Numbered from the stretch's first letter, positions 25,010 to 37,689 are shown. The stretch: 64,000 nucleotides of DNA from Oikopleura dioica (GCA_907165135.1 OU015569.1:2914001-2978000), one strand, 5' to 3'. Notes: generated from the sequence alone by a model not told the origin. Made by a program: numbers and translations.

Positions 25010-28000
25010 TCAATTTGTACTTATATTGAACAACAGCGCAAAATGAAAAATGTATTCAGGGTCCATTGAGTGAGCAAAATCACTGCGAAGTTTGGTTCTT
25101 TTCGTAGAGCAAACGCTCTCTCTCGGCGGAATCAAGTGCCCTAAACGGCGGATAAGTGTCCACATCGCGAGCGTTAAAATACACAGCCCATACGCATGTT
25201 TTCTTAAGTTTAGAGTATATCCGTTTGCGAACCTTTGGTTTTGTCGGTGGAATTGTTTTTTCGACTTCTGTTCTTTCATACGACACACGATTTCGGTCAC
25301 TATCTAAGCGAGGACCTCAACAAGCTGATTTTTTTACTAATATAACTTTGATGGAAGAATAAATCGATAAGAAAGCTTATAATTAATCTGCTTAGGGTTA
25401 TTGAGAGGTGTTGAGTCCCTTTCAAAATCGAGACGGCGATGATGAGAGCAATTAACGCCGGAACTAAGATATTGAGCACGTTTGAGAAGTCATTGATCGG
25501 CTGGGCTTCGACAGTGTTTGAAGTGACAGGGCCTCTTTGAGTAGGCAGTATCAGCGGATCTTGTACAGGTGTAGCGCTCGTTTTAACAGTAGTTGCCTTG
25601 CTGGTCGTCATTTTAGAAGTCGTCGTCGTAGTGCTGGAAGTAGACGTGGCCCTGGTTGTTGTAGATGACATAGGAAGGGAAGCAGCAGTAGCTGGGACTG
25701 GACGCGTTCTATAGTTTGACAGAGTCGATAATAGATATTCCTCAGTTACGACAAAGTCGTCCGGATTCATGCCAGAACTCATGCCCGCGTCATCTTCAAA
25801 CATAAAGCTCAAAATTAAATTTCTACGAATGGCAGTGTTCTACTTTTATCTATAAAGTTGAGATTGAGCTACTCTGAACCTTCGACCATATCTGAGGGGC
25901 CATCTAGAAGGGATACATAAATCCCTTCCGTTAGCTCTTGAACCACTGGAGTACTTCCTTCTTCATTTTCGATCGAAGGTACTCGAAAGAATTCAGTAAC
26001 TGGTCTTGGGCCCCTAGCCTCTTCTTCCATAAGCGATCCACCTGATCCGTCTTGCACGTTACTGTCGCTACCAGAGGCCTCTTCTTCATCGTCAATTTCC
26101 ACGAATTTAATAATAGTCCACTCCGTAGGATAGCTCGTTTGTACTTGATTATCCGCATTTTTCGATAATTGCGGTGGACTGGTAGGAACGTCCTCATTTA
26201 TGGTCCTGCTTGTCGTTGCATTTGCGTTTTCGTTCACTTCTGGCTCGGCTTCTAAGATTGTGTAAACTTGATCGATGATTTCTGATCCAGATAAATCTCC
26301 AGACGCCTCCTCGGGATCTAGTGGAGCACTAGAAGTAGGACTAGGGTCGCCACTCCGAGCCGATTCTGTAATCAACTCTTCAAGTTCTTCTAAACTTGGT
26401 TGTGTCACCGACACCGTGACACTCTCAGACTGGGTGGTCTCTGGCTGCGTGCTTGTAGCGCCTAAAGAGATTTTTAACACGTGCAAGGACCTCAAACTCG
26501 CGACTTCTTGATTTTATAAATTTTAGCAGTTAACTTTGGCTGCCGGGGGTTTTGCCTGAGCGGGGGTTTGACCTGGCGTCGGATTTACCTGAACGGGGGT
26601 TTGACCTGGCAGGTAAATCCGACGCTCAGGTCAAACCCCCGTTTGGCAAATCCGACGCCAGGCAGATTCTCCGTTTTGATCAAAGTTTCATTCATTGTTA
26701 AAAATTATTCTCATAACAATAATTATTTTCAAAATCTATTCAAAATTAAAATTTTAATTTGAACACTATATCAAGGGGTCTAGGTTGTATTCATGGGACA
26801 GGAAGTTCCGAAATGGGCACTAGAACTCTTCATTTGAGTCATCGATTGCCCTGTAAAAATGACAATAAAATACTGCTGACCTGCCATCTAGTGCCAAGTG
26901 GCTGCTTGAATAGACGCGCTTTTAAGATGGGCGAAGTTTTCTAGCCCACTTGCGCCTGATAAACCCCAGAACATCATACCTTTTTGGAATCAGCAGAAAA
27001 TTTTAAGAACTTTGAGTCAAAGTCTTTGACCATTTAAAATTCTAGAAATCTCCACTTCCGGTCGATTCTAGAGCCGGAAGTTGACGAAATTTAGGACAAA
27101 ATGAAAGCTCAACTTCTTAGCTTTTTTAAACTGTATCATAAGACCCCTAGGCATTGCTAGAAAAATCGATCATCTAACAACCCTAAAATAATTAATTTTC
27201 TAAATAATTAATGAAATTAAAATCAAGTTGAAGAGTTACATTTTTCCATTAGAAAAACGGCGCTTTCACCTGAACGGGGGTTTGACCTGAGCGTTGGATT
27301 TACCTGTCAGGTCAAACCCCCGTTTAGGTAAATCCGACGCCAGGTCAAACCCCCGCTCAGGCAAATCCGCCGGCAGCCGTTAACTTTGACTAGAAAGACC
27401 AGAAAGCAACCTTAACTTTCTCAGGGATTAAAAAGAAAGTTATCGCGATTTTCCTCTATATGCAAATTTTTAGAACCTTCATGACTTGGCGACATTTTTC
27501 GTAGATTCTTTTCTGGACTTTCTTTTGACATGGTAGAGGTCGCAGTTGTTGACATCGAAGTCGTCTCAATAAGTGCGGCAGAAGTCGTAGTAGAAGTGAC
27601 CTTTTTAACTGGATTTGCGCCCGTTTCAATCGAATTTAAATCCGCTGTTGAGGAAACACCGTAATCAATAAAATCTTTAGAAGTTGAGGTTACATCCAAA
27701 TTTGCAACAGTTTCAGCTGGAGTCCGGCTTCTCAGAATAATCGGCGGGTCACCTATCCGGCGAGGATAATTGAGTCCAGCATTGTCCGGGGGAAAGAGCT
27801 GTCTGAAAATCCACCTACTTTTTCTGGATATATTTTATATCTATCTAAGCGAAATTGACCTTGAGGCTTCTGACCTGGGAAATTCTGAAGGTTTTTTCAT
27901 GGGCACTGGTGTGCTCGAAATCTCTCTTTGTCTCAGAACTCAGTCTCACAGAGGATGATCTTGTAATCGTTTTGCTCGCAGATCTCAGTGCACTTTGACC

Positions 28001-28050
28001 TCATGACTTTGCACATACCTACCTGATAAATTAAACATTCATGTATATAC
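25010..28050 (-). CDS. Mucin/proteoglycan-like single-pass membrane protein (T/S-rich ectodomain, acidic Ser-Gly motifs, TM, basic juxtamembrane tail)
   Basis: ORFs 27421-27699, 25869-26495 and 25300-25812. Motifs EEASGDLSGSE and DDEEEASGSDSNVQDGSGGS. TM ILVPALIALIIA(IVTEIVC) then RMKEQKSKK. Both ends uncertain. Confidence 0.6.
26538..27378. mobile_element. 841-bp non-autonomous Mutator/Foldback-like element with ~106-bp modular TIRs and 9-bp TSD
   Basis: GTTAACTTT is duplicated at 26529-26537 and 27379-27387. TIRs at 26538-26643 and ~27273-27378 are built from GGGGGTTTGACCTG and GGATTTACCTG units. Non-coding interior; lies in an intron. Confidence 0.9.
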
Positions 28051-28453
28051 TCTGGATAGTTATCGACATTCAACATGTGGTTTTTACGAAGAGCGGCAGT
28101 TCGTCAAACTTATATCACTTCTCAGCCCAGACAGCTGCTTCCATTGACCATCAATTTTACTGTATCCTATTATCAGTCTCTCATAAATAAGAAGATATGC
28201 ATTTCACCACTCTTTTTTTGTTTTAAAAAATTTCCGAATTTCTTTTCATAATTCCTCTTTTATAGTTGCAGAAAAACTGAAATGCCTGCAAAATATTCGA
28301 TTTTTTAAATTTCTTGTTTTTTATCGATAAAATAAAAATCAGACTGGGAGCTTGAAAGGTGAATAGAAGTGCGCAGAATGTTGACAGTGAAGATATAAGA
28401 AGGGTTGTTTTGCTGTTTTGAGAAAAAAAGGCGGTGAAGCTTGGAACTTGGCG

Positions 28454-30020
28454 TTACTCAGAGTTGTGAACCCAGAAGGTTCCAAATGTCTGTTGCTGGA
28501 TTCGCGAGGAGCGCGCGGATCCCGTCGAACTTGGCTGAAAATCAGAGTGTTCAGAAGAGTCGTTTTCCAGTTGAGCTTTACCGCCGGATAGGGCCTAGCC
28601 AAAATGCACCGTTAATTTTGAACACGACATATCTAAATCGAAAATGCCACAGATGCAAAAAAATGATTCCTTACGAGACCAGAAAATGGTATTTATTCAG
28701 CTTCAAGTGAAGCAGCTGAATCTTTTTAACTGTGGTTTGTCCTTTAGCTCGAGCGTGAGAACAAAAAGAAAATACTTTTCTTGAATTTGTGACATTCGGT
28801 TCCAGATATGCTCAAAACACATGAAACAAAATATTTCAATCGCAATTATTTTTCTCCTCGATTATTGAGCGACTCACCGAAGTTACAATTGTCTTTGCTA
28901 GCTGTTGAATTGATTCTTCTCTTTTCGCAGCTAAAAAGAAAGGATAATAAGAATCGCACAAAAAAACTACCTTCAATTTCGAGGAGATCTTTGGCCTCAG
29001 AAAAGCATTTCTCGGTGATTAACGTCGCTAGTTCTTCGATCTGACTTTCTAGCGATGGCTGGCTCTGGCTCTTTGACTTCTCTTGCGACTCTTCATCTCA
29101 TAATTTAATTTGGAGAAATAGAAAAAGAACTTTACCGTCATCAGAATCAATGTAGAGCAAATCTTCTTCGTCCGAGAATGTCGAGCTATAAGATACTCGC
29201 TAGAAGAGATTAATTATTATATTTAGATACTTACGATGAAGAAAACGAAGTTGAATGGATGATACTGCTTCTGTAGCTTTGGAAGCCGCCCAGCGAGGTC
29301 ATTCGCGAAGAAGAAATTATCGACACTGGCTAGAACACTTTTGTGAATTTCCAAATGAAAGTGCCAGTAAACGGCTCCATTCAATTTGGTTAGGCGACGA
29401 CATGAGCGCTCAGATCTCACCGCCGTTAACAGCACGAACATTATTGACGAGTGCTTTATAGACTTTATTTACGATCAAACCTTCTCTCTTTCAGCTGGTA
29501 TCAGCAAAAAACGTCTATTCTACAGTTGAATACAGAAATTCTAGCTTAGGAAATCGGTTCTCATTTGAAAAAGCCTTAAAAATCGCTCAAGATGATTCAA
29601 ATTTTACAACAGAAAAATAACCAATTTTTTTACATAAAAATTTCTTTGAATGTGGCAGTTAAAATTTACATTTATAAGTACGAACTAAAGTAAAAAAAGA
29701 TAAAGTGCGCTTACCTTTGTGATAGACTCTCTCTTGTCGATCTGTTCTTTTTGGAGATTCTAAAAACAAGCTTAAACGCGGAGTAACATTTACTCTGCGC
29801 AAAAATGGACAGTAAAAGAAGGCATTAAAATTAGGGTCTTGCGGCTTATCAGTATCGGTCGACATTTTCAAGGCGCTGCGCAAACGTTCCACTCTTGAGA
29901 GATTAACGTTCTTATTGCAGCCCTCAAGCACGGCGCGCAATGATAACTCGCAAATTGCAAGTCGCTTTCTCTCTCAAACCCGTCAACAGCAGAGGCCTTT
30001 AGATTCTTTCGATTTTCCAT
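28454..30020 (-). CDS. Uncharacterised multi-exon protein
   Basis: ATG in AAACATGG context at 30020. Exon-like segments LRAVLEGCNKNVNLSRVERL, DNFFFANDLAGRLPKL and QIEELATLITEKCFSEAK. Needs 1-nt corrections. No family recognised. Confidence 0.4.
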
Positions 30021-30178
30021 GTTTGCAGCCCTGTCATTGAAGCAAATACGCTCTAACACTTCAAACAAGTAAGTTTTTGTTTATAACTAGATTTCATTGA
30101 ATAAACCGGCGATTATTAATTCACCCAAACGAAAAAAAAATATAGAGAAAGTTTTCTTTCTTGAAATAAAAAGACGGA

Positions 30179-32963
30179 TCAAAGTACTAGAAGATTTCTT
30201 TTTCGCTCAATATTGGAAGTACCATATATCCGCTCGTAACTAACCTCAGTCATTTCCGTGATAATTTGCCCTAAACTGGCGTTGCACTCTTCTATCGTGC
30301 GCTCTAACTCTTCTGACGCGTTCAAGCAGGGAGTCGAGTTTGGAGCTTGTGCGACTGCTTGCGCTTCCAGAGCTACAACGGAAATAAAGAAAGAACTGTC
30401 AGACTTGATGGTTCTTACCGTAGACCGCGTCGTGTATTTCTTTCATGGAATGGCGACTTGCTTGACTAGTGTTGCTGAAGCTCGGCTGGCAGGTGGGCTT
30501 CTTTCGGAGTTTCACTTTCGGGCTGATTTTTGGAAAATCTATCAGGTCTTCGGGAATGACTATGCCGGGAATGTTTGCGTTGATGCCCTCTTCGTTTGGA
30601 GGCAGCGAAGACATGCTCGAACGAAGAGATCTTTCTTCTCGAATATTTTGGGAACAGAGAGTCGAGTCTTGATCATCATCAGTGTCCCCTGGCTCTTCAT
30701 CTTCATCTATCGAGTTAGTCAAATCGAGCAAATCGCTTTTCCCTTCCATCCTTGTCACTGAATTAAAACTTTACTTCGGGTTTTTCGATTCACAATTACT
30801 AGAATTTCTTTTGGCGATATGAGCGCCGAGATTTTTCGCAGTCTCTGAAAAATCTCGCAACATAGAACGACTAGGCGTATGATGGCGGTGAAGGGCGAAG
30901 CTAGAGTCGTCAGACTCGCACTCGGCCGGGAAATCGGGATGAAAGTGAACGGAATTACGTTGTCCCATTGGCAGGTGATACAGTCGATCGTCCGAGTCTT
31001 TAAAAACTCCATCAAAATTGTAATTAACTATTTTTTGTACCAATAATGCTCCGTCGAATGATCACACCGGCGGATTTCTTCTTCTGCGGGAGGAGATAAC
31101 AGCTCAAGACTTTTTGGCCTGATCCCTCGAAAAAATCAAAATAAACCTTTTGCGATGAAAAAATTTTTTACCTGCAAATTAATGTGTTCCTCGTGAAAGC
31201 TGACCAGAGGCTTATTTTGATTTTCAGAGAGCCAGATTGCTCGTAAATCGAGATTTTGCACACCCGATGGGAGAAAGAGCAACTCATTCTCTGCGAGATC
31301 AATCACTTTGAGCTGTTTACAGTTCGAAACTGATTCGGGCAAGAAAGTGAGCTCATTTTGGCGAACATGCAAGGTTCGCAATTCGCTAAAAGACCATCAG
31401 AAGACAGGATTATTTTTTGATACTGTTACCTCAAGTTTCCAATATTTTGCGGGAGATTGAAAAGACGGTTCCGATCGACCATCAAATTTGTCAATCGCGT
31501 CAAACTCGCCACACTATCAGGCAGTGTCGACAGTAAGTTCTCCGTCAAAACCAGTTCCGTCAACTCTTCACACAGACCGATGGAAGGAGTAAGCTCGATC
31601 AGTCGATTTTGATCAACTTTGAGTATCGACAACTTCCGTAAATCGCCAATGGAATGAGGCAAGCGCTCCAGAAAATTCTTCGACAACGTGATGATCTCCA
31701 AGCTCTTCAAGTTTTTGAAGTTTTCTGGTAGATACTCGATTCTATTTGCGCATAAATCAACCCAAATCAGCGACTCCAGATTGCCAAACGACTCTGGAAG
31801 CACCGAGATTTCATTTTTGTCGAGAATAAGTTCCCGTAGTTTTTTGAGCTGGCCGAAATTTCCGGGAAGCTGGTGAATCTGATTCTCCTCTAAATCCAAG
31901 TGCACAAGATTGCTCAAATTGCAAATTGAATCGGGAAGACTTTCAAGCAGATTTTCGCGTATTTCAAGCTTCGTTAGATTGGAGAGACGACCAATACTAG
32001 CTGGTAAATGAACAAGATCGCAGCAATTGAGCTCCAAGTTGGTCAAATTCTGCAATTTGGAGATGGCTGACGGAAGTCGCTCGATTCTATTGTGCGAGAA
32101 CTTGCCTGGGCTTGTGACCTTTGACCTCTAACGGATAAGGGAACGATGTGTTTATTGTGGTGATCTGCTAACGCAGTCAATCAAGCCCGTGTCATGAGGG
32201 ATTCGAGTTTGCTGCAGGTTCCTATTGTGTCTGGTATTTCTCAACAATGTTCGCAAATCATGCCGATCACTATGTCGCAAGATAAGGCGAAAAGCGACCC
32301 GTCTTTCCAAAATATTTTTCCACTGTTTTGAACAATTCCTTGGAGCTCATTACGACTGAGATTAACTTCCACGAGGTTTATCAGTTGACCAACTTCGCGT
32401 GGTAACCAACAAATGCAGTTCGATTCCAGCGACACACGTTCCAAGTTTATCAATTTGAAAAACCCCTTTGGCAAATCTGTCAACGATTGATATTTTATTC
32501 TTGCAAATAATAAAGATTTCGTTAAAATTTGAACTAAAAAGATTGAAATTGGTCTTTGTTAAATTAAAGGACCCAACCAAGGGACTACAAAAATGGAGTG
32601 AGTAAAAGAATGGCTCTAATTTTTTGTAACCAAAAAAAATATTTTGAAAAAAAATTTTGACAACCGTAGCTTTTAGGTTATTGTCATTGAGTTGAATTTC
32701 CTTGAGTGTACGTGCTGAACGCACTGCGTCATCAGGGATACTATCTGCGTTTGGGTCAAGCAAGGCCAATCATGCTAATCTACAAACTAATGCTTTTGAC
32801 CCGTAAGTAAGTTCGAGTGATTTCGCTCTAATACCTCGAGATTTTGACTGCATCTGGAAAATCCAATGAGATCTCTTTGCAGAGGTTAACTTATCAGATT
32901 CGAGAGAATCAAGAGGAGCTATTTTTTAAAGGGAACCTTCCTCAGGCGAACCATTGAGACCAT
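30179..32963 (-). CDS. LAP-family (Scribble/LRRC1/Erbin-like) leucine-rich-repeat protein with LAPSD and no visible PDZ domain
   Basis: LEIRENLL, LSILKVDQNRL, LVLTENLL, LRAIWLSENQ and GQKVLSCYLLPQ (human SCRIB GEKVLTCYLLPQ). N-terminus MVSMVRLRCSQNLEVLERNHSNL. Probable end RNLLVL* at 30179. Confidence 0.85.
32854..32940 (-). other. Non-canonical GA-AG first intron of the LAP gene (87 nt)
   Basis: CTG AG|gaaggtt...ttttccag|A TGC gives LRCSQ, aligning with SCRIB WRCNR. Confidence 0.7.
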
Positions 32964-33448
32964 CACTTGCGCTTCTTTGAACTCTCTAACTTCCGCTCCT
33001 CGCTGTCACTAATCTCTTTCAGTCACTGTATAATCCGTAATTGCTGTACACATGATTTGATCACAGCGGAGGGAGCTGACAATGCGGGAGTGCTCCTTAT
33101 CGCCCCCGGCGTGTGCGACAATCATATCACAAAAATACCTCCCCCGGGCCCAGAAAAACTATGACATCTCCACACATCTTCCGACGCCGCACATTGGTGT
33201 GATGTGCTCCCATTTTTCTTCCCACTCCGAGAAATATACATACATATTTTTAAGAAGAACAATACTTCAAAATGCTATTGCTCGAAAATCTATTTCAACG
33301 AAGTATTTAAAGAAAATTAACTCTTAATTTGCAGTGACAAGAATTTTTTATTAGGTTTCGAAATGTCAGTAAGAAATCAGATAAATTAGAATTGGTTCAG
33401 TTAGGAAAATTCCAAAAGAGTTATTTCAGAAAAGTTAGTTGGTTAGTG

Positions 33449-34117
33449 TTACTGGTTCCTCAAAATGAGAAACACAGCGCAAGGGATACAAATGACACAA
33501 AGGAGGAAGAAATAAATCGCCACATCTCGAAGAATATCATCAACTCGTCTTCGTTGACGTCCACTTGGTTTGCCTCCTTCCTCGATTTCAAGTTGCTCGT
33601 AAGTGTTGACTCGTAATCCGTGGCATTCTACAGTCAGATCGACTGTGCTGGTCGATGAGTTTCGGACTCGCCTGATGTAGATTCGTTCTTCAATTGAGGC
33701 ATTTTCGGCTGGGGCTTCGATGGAATCGTCATGTAGAATTTGCTCCGTTGCTTCTACGGATCTTTGAAAAGCATTTTTGCAGAGACGTCGATACGCCTCT
33801 TTCTTCATTTTTCGCGCGTAGTTGATTGCCATTTGATCTAAGAATTCGCATTCTTCTTGCAATCGCTCCTGAAAGTTCTCGCCGTTGATTTCCTCGGGTT
33901 GAACTCGCTCTTTGAATGACCGTCCTCTGTTCATCAACTCCTCGGCGAAGACATCTCCGTAGCGATGAATGTACGTGATAATGTCACTGTTGATTTCTCC
34001 ATAGTTTCGAACTTCGCTGGCGAGATGTCCGTCAAATTCGGCAGTTGCGTCGACGAGATCTTCTGCGTGGACGACAATGCATCTTGCAAGCAAAAAACAA
34101 TAGAGCGATTCCTCCAT
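33449..34117 (-). CDS. Intronless orphan protein (~222 aa) with a hydrophobic N-terminus and C-terminal TM helix
   Basis: Uninterrupted ORF. Starts MEESLYCFLLARCIVVHA and ends VAIYFFLLCVICIPCAVFLILRNQ*. Confidence 0.7.
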   Translation of the reverse strand: MEESLYCFLLARCIVVHAEDLVDATAEFDGHLASEVRNYGEINSDIITYIHRYGDVFAEELMNRGRSFKERVQPEEINGENFQERLQEECEFLDQMAINYARKMKKEAYRRLCKNAFQRSVEATEQILHDDSIEAPAENASIEERIYIRRVRNSSTSTVDLTVECHGLRVNTYEQLEIEEGGKPSGRQRRRVDDILRDVAIYFFLLCVICIPCAVFLILRNQ

Positions 34118-34158
34118 CCTTCGTTTTTGTTCTGATTTCCGCAATTTTCCGCAACCGG

Positions 34159-35330
34159 TTACATTTCAAAAACGGTCAAAAGAGGGCGCAACGAGGTCGC
34201 AGGTGAACCAGCGGGAGATTCTCGGTGGGTAACAGATGCTATCCTTAGTGATTGATAATCTCTGGCATTTTTCGATAAGGAGTTTATTTTTGCTTTTTTT
34301 CGGAAATGCAAAAAATATAGATTTATGTCGATAAAAGATTTGGGGCGATAGTGAAAGGACCACTTTTTTAGCATAATTTCTATGCAAGATAATTCTCAAG
34401 TGGTCAAGAGTTTTCTTAACCCGTGAGCTTTCACACCAGAAAACAAAAGTAGCCATTTATTTTTCAATCATTGATTTTCAATGCCAAGATCGTGGTTTTC
34501 TTCTGTTACCAAAGCCGAATGCCGTTGATGTTTGAGCATCAAAAAACGGCACCGGCTTAAAATGGTCAGACGGTCTTTTCATTGTCATGCGCGCAGGTAA
34601 ATTCTTTATGCGCGTTGACTTCGAAAGACAATAATATAATTTGTACGGATGGGCTGTTTCAAAAACAGATATTTAAACGACGGTCTCAGGATGATTTTCT
34701 CTCACTTAGAGTTCCGATAAATAACTTTTCGAAATGGCTCGAGACGAATTCTGCTTTGGTTAGTTTCCAATTTTCTGATAGCAGAGATAGATTATTCAAA
34801 AGAGATAGAGGGAAGTAAATTTATTTAAGCTAATCCTGAGACCACCACTCACTCTTCTTTGAATCTTCGATGCTCTTTCAGGATCTTCACTACCGCTAAT
34901 CTTGGAAACATCAATGTCACCGAGAAGACAGTCTGCGAAGGAAAGGTTCAATGCTCTTTCTACCTCTCCGTTTTCGTAGTAAATTTGAAACCTTATGAAA
35001 GACGGGCTCTCTGGCAAAGTCCCCAAAGCAAAAGACTCATCTTCATCCTCCGACTAGACATTTCTCCAAGATTTTCGACAACTGAAACTGTCTCCAGTTT
35101 ATCATTACTTCTAACTAGCGAATCATTTTTAACCAAAATTAACCTTGCCACACATTCAGACAAAAAATGCCAAAAGGAGACGAGATTTGCTTCCCCAACC
35201 CAACGGTCAAAACTGTCACTGACTTGGATCTTGACGCGCAAGTTGTTATCAGGACTTCTGTCAAACTGGTGAGCCGAATGAACTTATTCAATTGTATAAT
35301 GATTACCTTTTTAGATGGACGTCAAAGTGA
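34159..35330 (-). CDS. Uncharacterised multi-exon coding region (may belong to the adjacent upstream gene)
   Basis: Exon-like ORFs 34993-35241, 34796-35026, 34166-34456 and 34159-34374 with GT/AG sites. Confidence 0.35.
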
Positions 35331-35649
35331 CCCCAAAATGCAATTGAGGCGTTTATCCCTTCCTGATCATTTCTAAACTCTTCCCATCTACATTTTCTAA
35401 CCATTATTTCTGCAAAATAAACGTAAATTTAGCTCGACAATAAAACCAGATTCATATGAAAACGAGCATCTATCTACTAGTAAGAGATGCTTAACTTTTT
35501 ATTCAAGGACAGAATCCATTGATGCATATGAGGCCTCAAGAACAGACGATTTTAAATGGCGGTTGATTATTCCAATTAGAATTTCCATTTGGTATGTTTT
35601 TGGACCACTTTTGAAGCTTACAGAGAAATTTTAAACCGTAATGTTTTCT

Positions 35650-37546
35650 TGCTCTGAAGCCATTCCTGGACGAGGTCTTCTTGATGGGCGCGCTCGGCGA
35701 ATAGGCTCCATGAAGTGATGTCGAAGGACCTCGACTACGTGAACGCTCTCTTGGTCAGGATAGTTGTTCCGGATTTCGATGAAGTTTGACATCAGCTGGT
35801 TCAACTCTAATTAATAATGAACATTGAATATTTTAAAGCGGCAAACCATCGAGAGGGAAGAAGTAGCCCCACGATTCGATGACTCCTTCGTTTGATAACT
35901 TTGTTGTCACTGTCGGAGTCTTCATATTTTACACTATCAATGTTAAAATGCGGAAAAAGGAAAAATAAACTAAAATATTAAAACCCTCCTAAAAAGCACG
36001 CATACGTCGATGTTCCATTTTCTTCCAGCGCTGCCCATTCAGCTGCTATTTTTAGCTTTTCAACGATCAAAAATTTAAACTCCCTGAACACTTGAAATAA
36101 TAGGATAACTAGGATTTCGACTGTTTCTTTAATTTCGGAAGAAGGACGAAGATTTTCTCTTCCGCATTGGTCTCCAAGTTTGTCTCGTAGGTTCCCCTGT
36201 CTTCGGCTGTCGCGTCCCAGACGAGCATCATTGTCTTCTCGTTGATTGCAGCGTGATTGGAATTTTCCGCCAGCCATCTTGACATCTTGACTTCGTCTGA
36301 CGATCGGATGATTACATCTACTGCATCTTGAAGTCGAAAATTTAGTTTCATCGTTTTAAACATTAAAAGTAGAATACCTTTAAATTTGGTCATAAATTTG
36401 ACGGCTGAAACTTGAACCGGGACGATTGTTTCCGGTTGACAGACGTACTTTGCAGAATGGCTAAACTTCTGATAATTAATATTCGTGAAGACTTGTTCTA
36501 CCGTAAAGTGCCGTGGTCCATGTCTTCTATGTCTTTGTCACCAACCAAGAAGTCGATGACGCGCTGCCGATGCTCGAAAAGCTCTTGTTTAGTCTTCAAA
36601 TGCCGCCCAGAGCGACAGCAGGTCATTGTTGAAATTTCTTTCTCAATGTCTCGCAAGCGCTTCATCAATTTTTCCCTTGAAATCATAGCCCTAGGTTTAG
36701 TTTCTCAGATTCTAGCACGGAGAATAAAATTCTTACTGTTCAAACTTTTTCTTAAAGCCCATAAGAAACGCCTTTGTTTCATTCGCATAGTTTCCGATTG
36801 TTGGAATGACATCTTCTCCAAATGACACATCATCCAGGTTTCTGTTCAAATCAGAGCCGAAAGAACCTCGAAAATTGTTGAAGGGGACTTTTATTGTAAA
36901 GCTAGCACACCTATGGTTTGATCAAGAAGTCTCAAGTCACTGAAAAGCTTGAGAAAGCGCAAGTACGTTCTAGTATGCATTCGAGTCTCATCATTGTCGA
37001 CTTCAGTCCAGAAGCGATTGTCCAAAAAAGCATCGTTGCCGTTAATGTTCGAGATATTATTAAAGTCGGCGTACTGAATCAGTTGAACACGCGTTTGAGC
37101 ATGTAACTCACTTGTAGTTCTTTAAATTTGTCGCGGCCAATATGCTCCATGGATGGAATCTGCAAGACGAATTCTGGCTTGTAAGTTGGCTTCGCTCCGT
37201 AGCTGTTTCGCGAGATCAATTTCGACGAGTTTTTCTGTGGCAATTTGTTCTCGGCTAAATAACAAAGTGAACACAGACAGTGAGCTGGCGCTTTTCAAGT
37301 TTCATTCAGCATCTATCACTGTTTCTTTTTGCCTATTACAGGTTGATTTCTCTTTGTTTTTCTCTATTTGGAGAACCTTTGCTCTTGCTTGTCTTTTTTG
37401 GAGCTGCGAATTTCTGTCTCCCCCTTTCCATCATTTCCCAGAAAATGCTTGAAAAGGGCACAGTTCAAAAGAAGAACATACGCAAATTTACCGTAATTGC
37501 CTTCTCTTGAAGTAACATTGCGCGGCGAGACAAGAGAGGAACTCAT
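35650..37546 (-). CDS. Uncharacterised multi-exon protein with coiled-coil segments
   Basis: Joinable exons MSSSLVSPRN..., YADFNNISNINGND...LRLLDQTIG, AMISREKLMKRLRDIEKE and DAVDVIIRSSDE. 3' end approximate. Confidence 0.5.
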
Positions 37547-37689
37547 AATTTCGGTTGGAGTCAATGAATGCCTGGACTAAACGGCGAAAGAAGAATTCAG
37601 TGAGAGTTGAATATTTTATTCAAGGGAACAATGCTGCAGACTTTTACGTTATTGTGCAAGCAATTTCCTGTTGAGCAGCGCTACTGAAT

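Noticed and set aside
26538-26665. Repeated 11-14 nt motifs resembling a CRISPR array or iterons
   Set aside because: There are no unique spacers or cas genes. The motifs are mirrored at 27273-27378 and bounded by a 9-bp TSD, so they are transposon TIRs in a eukaryote.
32484-32670. CT-AG intron in the LAP gene
   Set aside because: One missing G gives a GC-AG intron, which is more parsimonious than a new splice class.
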